Below are positions 12,466 to 22,556 of a DNA stretch of 64,000 nucleotides, piece by piece. Origin of the DNA: Chiloscyllium plagiosum. Its lineage: Eukaryota. The position numbers and the translations under genes are program-made. Below the pieces are notes generated by a model. It did not search any database. It worked only from the letters and a program-made list of their open reading frames with translations, and was not told the origin of the DNA. The stretch's first letter is position 1; the number at the start of each line of letters is the position of its first letter. The stretch covers positions 13,855,428 through 13,919,427 of the forward strand of contig NC_057751.1 in the NCBI RefSeq assembly GCF_004010195.1, read 5' to 3'.

Positions 12466-13225
12466 GAATCACAGAATCCCAGTCATGCAGAAAGAGACCA
12501 TTCACTCCATTGTATCTGCACTGACCCTTCTCAGAGCACGCCACCCAAATCTACAACTAACCCCATCACCCTGCATTTCCCATGACTAATCCACCTAGCC
12601 TGCACATCCCTGAACACTACGGGGCAATTTAGCGTGACTAATCTACCTAACCTGCACATAGAGTCATAGAGTCACAGCATCATACAACATGGAAAAAGAC
12701 CTCCTTCCAAACCTTTCCTATTCATCTACCTATACAAATGTCTTTGTAACATTGTAATTGCACACATATCCATCACGCCAACTTCTGTATAAAAGAAATT
12801 GTGTCTCATGTCTTTATTAAAATCATTCTCCGCTCACCTTTCAAAATGTGCTCCGTGGTCTGGAAATCTCCCATCCTAGGGAAAAGACAACTACAATTAA
12901 CTCTATCTAAACCCTTCAGTATTTCATAAACTTCTAACAGGTTGCCTCTCAACCTTCTGTGCTCCGGTGAAAAAAGCCCAAGCCTCTCCAGCTTTTCTTT
13001 ATAATTCAAACATTCCATACCCAGCAACATCTGGTACATCTCTTCTGAACCCTCTACAGCTTGATAATATCCTTCCTATGAAAGGGTGACCAATCTTTAG
13101 ACTGTGGGAGGAAGCTGAAGACCCCCAGGAGAACATGCAAATTCCACACAGACAGTCACCCAAGGCTGGAATCAAACTTGGGCCCCTTGTTGTGTTAGGC
13201 ATCAGTGCAAACCACTGAGCCACAG
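12466..13225 (-). mobile_element. HE1-type SINE split by a HER1/CR1 3' fragment (~12658-13092)
   Basis: The SINE tail is at 12466-12657 and the head at 13093-13225. The insert encodes YKEKLERLGLFSPEHRRLRGNLLEVYEILKG. Confidence 0.8.
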
Positions 13226-14768
13226 CCACATCTTCACTGCTAGTCTCTAAAGTCCCAGGAAGGTGACACGAGTGTCAAGTTACAAAAAAAAAGTTTTAAA
13301 GTGCCAAGATCGAATAAAGTTGGGATCTACAAAAGGTAGCTAATTAGCACTTTGACCTGGAAACAATGCCCATGTGATTCATGCTGCCACGGAGATGGAG
13401 ATAGAGAATGGGAAGGGCTTCGTAGATATCCCTGACAACTCACAGATCAGGAAGAAAGTAAGGATATAATGGTTCACCATGCAGTAACGATGGTGGAAAA
13501 CTGTGTTTGAATTGAGAAGATTAACCAAGGATTTGAAACCAGGTTAGAAGATTTGCCAAGGGGAACCTTCACTGAAAGACAGTTCTTCAACTAAATGAAA
13601 GGAATGGAGATAAACACTCAGGAGTTCAGAATCATTATTAATGATGACTTAAGGGGCAGGATACCTGTGAAATGGGCTTCCAGTTGCGTTAAAAGAAAGA
13701 GTCAAATAATTTTTAAAAATCTTCTTGAGATTTTCATAAGAGCCATTTGTGGATTTCTCAATTTTGATTTTGGTCTCCAAGCCTTTTTTTTAATCATTTT
13801 CACAATCTCCTTATTTAGGTGATACCGTTCTGGAGTAACAATTGCTTTAGTATTGTTGTTGAGGTAAGAGCTATTTGGATTCATGGAGAAGGTGATTAAT
13901 CAGTATCCTCAATAGTCTTTACCACTTCATTAAACTCCATTAAATCACAACAGACACAAGAAACATTAATTTCTTCAAGACCACAGTGCTGAAGTTTCCA
14001 CAAGACAATTGATATTAGTTTGCAACACTTATTTTTAGAATTGACACATTGTTTTCACAGAAAAAGTCTTAACCATAAACACAATTTCTCTGGATTGATG
14101 AGGTCACAGCTGAATGGTTGTGTGTTTGTCACTATGCCTCAATTAACTGACGGTACATGACACACTTTGTGAAAAGTAGCCAACTGGACTTCAAACAAGC
14201 ACGGGAACTGGCTTCACCATTGGAAAATGTGGCAGGTGGAGCATATGGGGTGCAGGGTATTCCGATGCAAGTGGAGACCCCTTGCCAGTCCGACTGAGCT
14301 GGGGGAACACCACTTGAGTGGAGTCAATTGCAGAGCCTCATTCAGGACATATTCTAACCAGATGGACTCTAGGTCAGCCCACACTAAAACTATAAAACAA
14401 AGCCAAGCTTCAGCCAAATGGTTAAAATCTTCTTCAAGATTTGGGCCAGCAAACCATTGTAGTTACTCGAGGCAGCAAGCGAGTCCAACTCGATCTAAAT
14501 TGAGTAAGAGAACTCACAGGCCAGTATCCAGGAGAATGCATACACTGGAAAGTCCATCTACGTCTGGTTTGGAGCAGTTAAATTGCTTAGCAACATCCAA
14601 ATCACAACCAATCAAAATAAACGTCTGGTTAAATGGTCACCTGGTTCGAATAGAGGTTACCGACATTTCTATATTAGTGATCACAGAATGTGTCTTTAGT
14701 AAATTTGCTCTGGACTCCATTCATAAGTTTGCACAAGACTTTGCCAAGACAGAGAACTGAGACAAGGC

Positions 14769-14982
14769 AAAAGTGAGGACTGCAGATGCTGGAGAGAACA
14801 GTCAAGGTTAGTGTGGTGCTGGAAAAGCACAGCAGGTTAGGCAGCATCCGAGGAGCAGGAAAATCAACGTTTCGAGCAGAAGCCCTTCCTGATGAAGGGC
14901 TCATGCCCGAAACATTGATTTTCTTGCTCCTCGGATGCTGCCTAACCTGCTGTGCTTTTCCAGCACCACTCTTATCTTGACT
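14769..14982. mobile_element. PLE family A fold-back element inserted in the Gypsy pol
   Basis: Inverted arms at 14800-14888 and 14894-14982. Hammerhead motif CTGATGAAGGGCTCATGCCCGAAACATT starts at 14889. Confidence 0.88.
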
Positions 14983-15400
14983 GAGAACCTATACTGTCGA
15001 ATCTTTATAGATTAAGGGTACAATTTCAGTTCAGGGGATCTCTTATGAGAAGCAATTGGTTCAATTATTGATTACTGTAGTAAAAGGCTCAAGCCCAAAT
15101 CGATGGAGCAAAATTCATCGACAAAAATTCAACTGGCTTGGTGCAACATTTTTGAATTTAAAAACGGCTGCCTGAGTGATGTTCTAATTAATTACCAGGT
15201 AGTCTTTCAGGAAGATTAAGGGGCTATCAAAGGAGCCAAGGTCACGTCGCATGTTGACCAGGAAGCAATTGCATGCTTTTGCAAGGCTCACCCCTCAGTG
15301 CCATTTGCCTTATGGGCAAATATAGAGTCAGAAACCAGAAGGCTGGAAAGTGAAGGAATCATCAAACCAGTCCAGTTTGCAGAATGGGCAGCACAGGTTA

Positions 15401-15526
15401 TGAAGGGCTTTTGCCCGAAACATCGAATTTCCTGCTTCCCGGACGCTACCTGACCTGCTGTGCTTTTCCAGCACCTCTCTAATCTTGACTCTAATCTCCT
15501 GCATCTGCAGTACCCACTTCCACCTC
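15401..15526 (+). mobile_element. PLE family A terminal-repeat fragment in the Gypsy RT
   Basis: Begins inside the hammerhead (TGAAGGGCTTTTGCCCGAAACATC). Flanked by GCACAGGTTA and GCACAAGTTA, a 10-bp TSD with one mismatch. Confidence 0.85.
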
Positions 15527-16015
15527 GCACAAGTTATTTCGATTGTGAAGTCCAATGGATTGTTTCACTTTTGTGTGTATTTTAAACAAACAACAAATCA
15601 CTTTTTGCTGCTGGATAAATACCCAATCCCTCACGTAGAGGATTTATACACAAATCTGATAGGGGTCAGTACTTCATGAAGTTGGACTTGAGCTACGGAT
15701 ACTTGCAATTGCAGTTGGATGAGGACTCCCAGAAGTTCATAGAATCACTGAATCCCTACAGTGTGGAAACAGGCCATTCAGCCCAATAAGTCCACACCAA
15801 CCCTCTGAATATCAACCCACTCAGACCCATTCCCCTAACCTATTACTCTACATTTACCCCTGGATAATGTACCTAACCCACACATCCCTGAGCACTATGG
15901 GCAATTTCCCATGGCCAATTCACCTAATCTGTATGTCTTTGGATTGTGGGAGGAAACCTGAATACCCGGAGGAAACCCATGCAGACACGGGGAGAATGTG
16001 CAAACTCCACACAGG

Positions 16016-16785
16016 AAAAGTTAACGATCCAGGTTATAGTCCAATAAGTTTATTTGGTAGTACTAGCTTTCGGAGCACTGCTCCTTCATCAGGTGGTTGT
16101 GGAGGATAAGATTGGACGACACAGAATTTATAGCAAAAGTTTACAGTGAGATGCAACTGAAATTATATATTGAAAAAGACCTGGATTGTTTGTTATGTTT
16201 AGAATGACCATGTTGGTTTCAGTTCTTGCATATGTAAATCCCATAACATTTTTTTTGAAAGTTAAATTCTCAAGTAAGCTTGTGTGTATGTGTGTGTGGG
16301 GGGGAGAGAGAGAAAGAGAGTGAGTGTGTGCAATGCAGTGGGGTCACCTGTAGTGTGATATGAACCCAAGGTCCCAGTTGAGGCCAATCCCATGGGTACT
16401 GAACTTGGCTATCAGCCGCTGCTTGCCCACTTTGTGTTGTTGCCTGACCTGAAGTCCACCTTGAAGGACCCGAAGGTCCGAGATTGAATGTCCCAGTTTG
16501 CTGAAGTGTTCTCCGACTGTGAGGGAACTCTCCTGTCTGTTGATTGTTGTGTGGTGTCCATTCATCCTTTGCCATAGTCCCTGCTCAATCTCACCAATCT
16601 ATCAGGCCTCAGGGCATCCTTGCCTGTAGCGTATGAGAGAGACAATGTTGGCCAAGTCACACAAGTACCTATCACGTACATGGTGAGTGGTGTCTCCATG
16701 TGTAATGGTGGTGTCTGTATCAACACTTTGACATGTCTTGCAGCGTTGCAGGGTTGTATAGTATTGTCCTGAAAGCCAGGCAGTT
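16016..16785 (-). mobile_element. Penelope-like element family B: GIY-YIG endonuclease 3' part plus terminal repeat
   Basis: Reads CKTCQ...NIVSLIRYRQGCPEA..IGE..Q.L.QRMNGH...VGEHFSKLGHSISDL...LIAKFSTHGIGLNWDLGFISHY, followed by a repeat with a hammerhead. Confidence 0.9.
16061..16096 (-). ncRNA. Minimal hammerhead ribozyme motif (PLE family B), core intact
   Basis: CAC-CUGAUGA-A-GGAGC-AGU-GCUCC-GAAA-GCUA-GUA: core boxes, 5-bp stem II, palindromic AGCU and a CUA cleavage triplet. Confidence 0.75.
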
Positions 16786-19230
16786 CAGACAGTTGCCCGA
16801 AGCTGGAATCGAACCCAGGTCCCTGGTGCTTTGAGGCTTGCTAACCACCAAGCCATTGCACCCATAAGGATTTGTACCAATATATGAGACTGCCATTTGA
16901 GTATTGTCAACTTGTGCAGACAATGGAAACATTTCACATGGTCTACCCCAGGTAGCCATTTATCTGGAATGACTTGCTGAAAACAGAAAAGATCAATAAG
17001 AAGCACTGCTCAGATGCTTCTCCTCGGCGGACATATGCCTTAGAAGGGAACAATGTGTGTTCCAGGCATCCCAAGTGACCTACGTGAACTACAGATTTGA
17101 CAAGCCTGGGTTACACCCATTGGAAGATAAAGTGAGGGTGATCTAAAGTGCCCTGGCTCCCATGTCAGTACCGGACTGTAGGTCTTTCCTTGAGCTGGTG
17201 AATTATTATGGAAAGTTCAGAAATAGGCTCCATCCTGGCACCTTTGCATGAAGTCTTAAGACAGGGCCAGCCTTGGAAACGGCCGCATAGCCAAGCCATA
17301 GCTTTCAGGGAAATGAAGAAACAGCTGTCATCCTCTAAGGTGTTGGCATGCTATGATCCCAAGTGAGATCTGCTATTGATATGCAATGCCTCCCCGTAAG
17401 GCATCAGGATAGTATTAGCTCATTAGTCACTAAGAGGAGAGGAATGCCCAATAGGGTATAATCCATGACTTTGGCTAATGCACAGTGTAAATATGCCCAG
17501 ATAGAGAAGGAAGGTTTGGTGGGCATGTTTGGAATCGGGAAATTCCACCAATACCTCTACAGACATAAATTTGTCATAAAATAGACCACAAACCCCTACT
17601 AAATTGACTTAAAGAGGACAAAGGACTCCCAACCATAAACACAGGCGGAATTCAGTGGTAGACTGTAATACTAATTATGTACAATTACAAGTTGGAACAC
17701 TGTCTGGGAGGCATAAGTCGCCAATGTGGATGGATTGAGCCACATCCCCACTGACAGATACATCACTGGTGCTACCACCACTGGAAGACTCCGTAATGCT
17801 TTTAAATTTTCTGGACACACTTCCGGTCACAGCTGACGGTGTCAGACTTTGGACACAGAAAGATCCAGTCCTGGGAAAGCTGGTAGTGAAGGGGGAATCC
17901 AAAGGGCCATCACAACCAGAATTGAAACCATTTTTGGATCTGGAGAGACCAGATCACAGTCGAGGACGGCACATTATTATGGGGAGTAAGAATGATTGTC
18001 CCAAGTAAAGGTCGCTGCCAGATACTGGCTGATTTCCAACAGGATCATCCAGGGATTTCTAAGATAAAGATGTTGGCAAGAAGTTGACAAGGCTGGTGGC
18101 CAGAATTGGATGCAGATAGAGCCATGTTGGTGTGGCAGTGCCCCAAATACTAGCAAGGACAAAACCTATCACCAGCAGCTGCCCCACACTCATGGGAATG
18201 GCTGGGTAAACTGTGGACTCAGTTACATATTGACCATGCAGGTCCTTTCATGGGCTCAATGTTCTGAGTCATTGTAAACACCCACTCAAAATAGCTGGAC
18301 GTCCATAGAGTTCATTCATCAAACACGGGGGAGCCAATAGAAAACTGCGCCATCTTTTGCAGTGCACGAACACCCGGAGATGTTGGTCACATTAGGGGCC
18401 ATCACTTACCAGCACGGAATTTTAATATTTCCTAAAGTCAAATGGTATTCAACATTCAAGGACAGTTCCATACCATCCATCATCCAATGGTCTGGCAGAA
18501 AGGGCAGTTCAAACTTTGAAGGCAGGCTTAAAGAAACAGCCTTCAGTCTCATTGGATGTCGGTCCTATTTGATGATAGGACCACTCCTCATACAATATAG
18601 GGATAGCTCCAGCAGAGTTGCTAATGGGGAGAAGAATCCACACCAGGTTATACCTGATCTACCTTGGTGGTGGTGGGGGTTAGGGTGGGGGGGAGGGTGG
18701 GGGTCGTGGTTGACGTGGCACCAGGATTACCAATGCCAGACATAAGACTCCATTAAGGGAGTGAGTTAATTTAAATTTGATGCAGGAATGGCCCTGCATG
18801 GGTAAGAGGCATGTTGACAAGAGTTCAGGTTCAGTGACATATCAACTTTGGGGAGGTGTGACAGTACTGATCAAACAGGTGGACCGTATGAAAGCTGCAA
18901 ACTCTAAAAAGGTATGGGAGAAAAACATCTCTGGATCCATGACAGCCTTTCCGACTGTTCTGGAACCTTTGGGCTCTCCCTCTCTGTCAAGTGTTTTAGA
19001 TACCTTGGAATCTGAAATGAACATGGTGGATATTGCCACCTCAACATCCTTCCTGCCTGAAGAAGAGAATGAGTTTCTTCCAATGGTGCAAGAGGCAAGT
19101 GACTGTGCATGACATGCTGCCCATATCCGAGGCAGAGTTGGAGAAACCTGACCCAGTGCTGAAAAGCCCAAGGAGGAGCTACCAAAGAAAAAGGAATCAG
19201 CCTGTGTTCTCAGATTCAGAGGAGAGGGGA

Positions 19231-19466
19231 TGTAGTGAGTGTAACAAGGTCAGCCAGGGAGCCATCATAGAATCTGAGTTCCCCAACTGGGGCTGTTATA
19301 CTGGTCCAATCAGGGAGTCCTGGCTGACAGATAAGAATAGGAGAGAGAGGCATCATGTCCACTCTGAGAGCTGGCTCTGAGTGAGCTGGATCAGTGTCAA
19401 GGACTCACCATGTGTAAATAAAGGTTGACTTGGTGAGGGGATACTGGCCTCTGTGGAGTTATTTCA
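19231..19466 (+). repeat. 3' LTR of the Gypsy element
   Basis: Runs TGTAGTG...TTATTTCA directly after the polypurine tract AGAGGAGAGGGGA (19218-19230) and contains AATAAA. Confidence 0.85.
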
Positions 19467-19649
19467 GTGTGGTTATAGAATCGAGGAACACATTTGACCT
19501 ACGAAACCTGTATTAGATATTTTCAAGAGCAATTAAATGAGGTGCATTTTGCCCCACCATCCTCATAATCCTCTCCTTTACATCCCTATTTCTATTCTTC
19601 CATGCAATACTGGCAAGGGCTACATTTTATTGCCATCCCAAATATCCAT

Positions 19650-19785
19650 TGGATGGGTATATGAATTGGAAGAGCTTAGAGGGATATTGGCCAAGTGCTG
19701 GCAAATGGGGCTAGATTATGGTTGGCATGGACGAGTTGGGCCGAAGGGTCTGTTTCCGTGCTGCACATCTCTATGACTCTATGAC
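19650..19785 (+). mobile_element. HER1/CR1 3' tail
   Basis: GGCATGGACGAGTTGGGCCGAAGGGTCTGTTTCCGTGCTG followed by (CTCTATGA)n. Confidence 0.8.
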
Positions 19786-20636
19786 GGTATGACCCAAGTG
19801 TTGTGTTCGGCCATTACTGTACGCCTAGAGGAACTGGCCAGACCAGTTAAGGTTAGCAGATCTATATCCTTGAAAGACATTGGATTTTTGCAAGAATGAT
19901 TGAGAGTTTCACTGTCACCATTTCAAAGACTACTTTTCAATTGCAGGTTTTATGAATTGAATTTAAATTCTAGCAGTCATGGTGTCCCCAGAACACAAGT
20001 CTGAGCCTCTGAAATATTTTTGCAGTCACATTAGCCTGATGTCACTGTCTCTGTCATTGTATTCAGTTTCACTCTTGCAACAATTGATGCTGAATATATT
20101 ACTTTTCAGACAATCTGTTTCAGGTTCTAATAATTTGCTGCGTGAAACAATGTTTCCTCATGTTCCCTATGTTTCTTGTGCCAGTCACCTTTTATCGGTA
20201 GCCTTTGTTTGTCAAACCTTCCGTCAATGCACTCTTAACTCATGTTCTGCATAAAATTAAATGAGATCTGGTAAAACAGAGTACAGTATTAATGTGCTCA
20301 GTTAATAGACTTAAGCAGGCAGAATTAATCTGATTGTCCATAAAAGAAAGATAACACCTTTCTCATGTAAGTGGTAATTATTAATCAACCAACATTCTGA
20401 AAATCCTCAGAAATGTACATCCAATTGATGCTCAAACTGAAAATTTCCATTTGGTGTAAAATCACAGAATAATTATAGTTGCTGGCCCTGCTTAAATGAT
20501 GAGGGGTCACTGACATTGAATTTCAGTTTTTCATGAGAAGATATTTTCTAATTTTCACTATTCCAAGGGTGTTGAGGTATTTATTTGTACCTCTTCTTCG
20601 TGATATCTAATGCAAATTTCCATTCCTCTTTACTGG

Positions 20637-20937
20637 GAGAAAGTGAGGACTGCAAGTGCTGGAGAGTCAGAGTTGAAAAGACAGGCCTTTTGTCTTACGT
20701 GTCTATCTTCCTTCCCATCTATCCACTCCACCATCCCCACCGTCCTATCCATCTGCATCCACCTATCGCCTTCCCATTTATCCTCTCCCCAGCTCCACCC
20801 CCGCCCCACCAATTTATCTCTCAGTCCCTTTCCCCCTCCATATTCCTGATGAAGGGCTTATGCCTGAAATGTCGACTCTCCCGCTCCTAGGATGCTGCCT
20901 GACTTGCTGTGCTTTTCCAGCACCACACTTTTCTTCA
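20637..20937 (+). mobile_element. PLE family A fragment with a short inverted end; hammerhead motif at 20846-20873
   Basis: A C-rich 3' region, then ATTC-CTGATGAAGGGCTTATGCCTGAAATGTC-GAC and the family A repeat. Confidence 0.82.
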
Positions 20938-21649
20938 CTGAAGCTAATACTGGACAGGTAGGATCCCTGAGTGAAACCTGGCCAGATGGACCCTAAATGA
21001 TTTTCGCAGTTTGGTTACCATGATACTCAGTCAATGAATGTATTTGTAAGAGGTTGTTGATGTACTCCTAGCAAAAGAGCGTACATTGTTAAACAGGTAA
21101 AGCAGATCTGCAAGCTTGGAATGATGTTATAAAGAGTAAAACAAAAAGTCAACCCTTTTTCCAAGCAATATCCTTCTGAAATACTCAATCCTTATGAGGT
21201 ACTACTTCACTTGTTCATTTTTATTGAGAAGTTCCTCATGGCAGTGCACTCACTAGATGTGATTCTCTCAATTACTGACTCTCCCCAAGACATATAGACA
21301 CATGCTAACTCAATGACCTTTCCTCACTGATTGCTCAAAGAACCTCAGAGCTTTTATTCAGTCCTTTCAACTTGGACTGATAACATAGTTTAACACATAC
21401 TTCCAGTATTAATGTCCTGGAAACATTTTTGAACTTCAATGGATTCACCCAGAGCTATGACAGCAATGGAGTTCCAGGTTTTGCCAGTGACTTTCAGGGC
21501 ATGGTGATATAGCTCCAAGTGAGGATTATATGTCCATTGAGGGAAACTTGTTGGTGGTGGTGTTCCTCTACATCTGCTACCCTGGTCCTTCTCACTGGGA
21601 GAGTCTGAAGATTTGTAAAATGCTGTCAAAGATGGCTTGAACATGATCC

Positions 21650-21831
21650 AGGAGAAAGTGAGGATTGCAGGTGTTGGAGATCAGAGTCGAAGAGTGTGGT
21701 GATGGAAAAGCACAGCCGGTCAGGCAGCATCCAAGGACCAGGCGAGTCGACGTTTCGGGCATCAGCCCTTCATCAGGAATGAGGGTGTTGCCTGACCGGA
21801 GTGTGCTTTTCCAGCACTACGCTCTTCGACT
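21650..21831. mobile_element. PLE family A fold-back element
   Basis: The arm AGAGTCGAAGAGTGTGGTGATGGAAAAGCACAGCCGGTCAGGCA is inverted at 21788-21831. Confidence 0.85.
21745..21780 (-). ncRNA. Minimal hammerhead ribozyme motif (PLE family A), core intact
   Basis: AUUC-CUGAUGA-A-GGGC-UGAU-GCCC-GAAA-CGUC-GAC: 4-bp stem II, palindromic ACGU and a GUC triplet. Confidence 0.78.
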
Positions 21832-21959
21832 TTGAAGATATTCACACTGCTATCACTGTGCACCGCGATGAGGGAGCAAATGTTAAGGTGGAGGATGGAT
21901 GTCGATCAAGTGGGCTGCTTTGCTGCAGAGACATTAACCAGAAAAGTTCACTCTCAGTT

Positions 21960-22556
21960 TCTCTCCACTAAGCTGGTTGGAGAAAAGTATAGAGGGGATG
22001 TCAGAGGCGGGTTCTTTACACAGAGAGTTGTGAGAGCATGGAATGCGTTGCCAGCAGCAGTTGTGGAAGCAAGGTCATTGGGGACATTTAAGAAACTACT
22101 GGACATGCATATGGTGACAGAAATTTGAGGGTGCATACATGAGGATCAGTGGTTGGCACAACATCGTGGGCTGAAGGGCCTGCTCTGTGCTGTACTGTTC
22201 TATGTTCTATGTTCTATTATGTGAAGTTTTGATCACCACACTATAGAAAGGCCTTTGAGAGTGTGCAGAAGAGGTTTACCAAGATGTTGCCTGGATTAGA
22301 ATGTATTAGTTATAAGGTCAAACCTGAATTGTTTTCGCTTCAGTGTCAGATGCTGAAGAGTGACTTGATAGAAATCTGTAAAATTACGAGAGGCAGAGAT
22401 GGTGCAGGTCTTTTTCCCAAGATGGGAATGTCAATAGGTTTAAGGAGAGAGGGGGAAAGTTTGAAGGAGATGTGCAAGGCAAGATTTTTACGTAGAAGGC
22501 TGTAAGTGTGTAGAGTGCGCTGCCAAGGGAGATGGTATAAGCAGATATGATGGCAA
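21960..22556 (+). mobile_element. Two adjacent CR1/HER1 3' fragments
   Basis: The first reads RGDVRGGFFTQRVVRAWNALP with a (TTCTATG)n tail. The second reads QKRFTKMLPGLE. Confidence 0.85.

Larger units (their letters stand above)
15737..16863 (-). mobile_element. HE1-type SINE inserted in the Gypsy RT and itself split by a PLE
   Basis: The SINE halves 15737-16015 and 16786-16863 join at CACAG/CAGACAG. The Gypsy RT resumes as LYQYMRLPF. Confidence 0.85.
14178..19466 (+). mobile_element. Decayed Ty3/Gypsy LTR retrotransposon (Mag-clade-like), 5'-truncated, with nested insertions
   Basis: Motifs in order: gag LDFKQARELA; protease PIKINVWLNGHLVRIEV; RT EGIIKPVQFAEWAA and DKYPIPHVEDL; RNase H KYAQIEKEGL and DHKPLL; integrase LHIDHAGPFMG and PYHPSSNGLAERAVQTLK. 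Then a PPT and LTR. Many stops and frameshifts. Confidence 0.93.
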
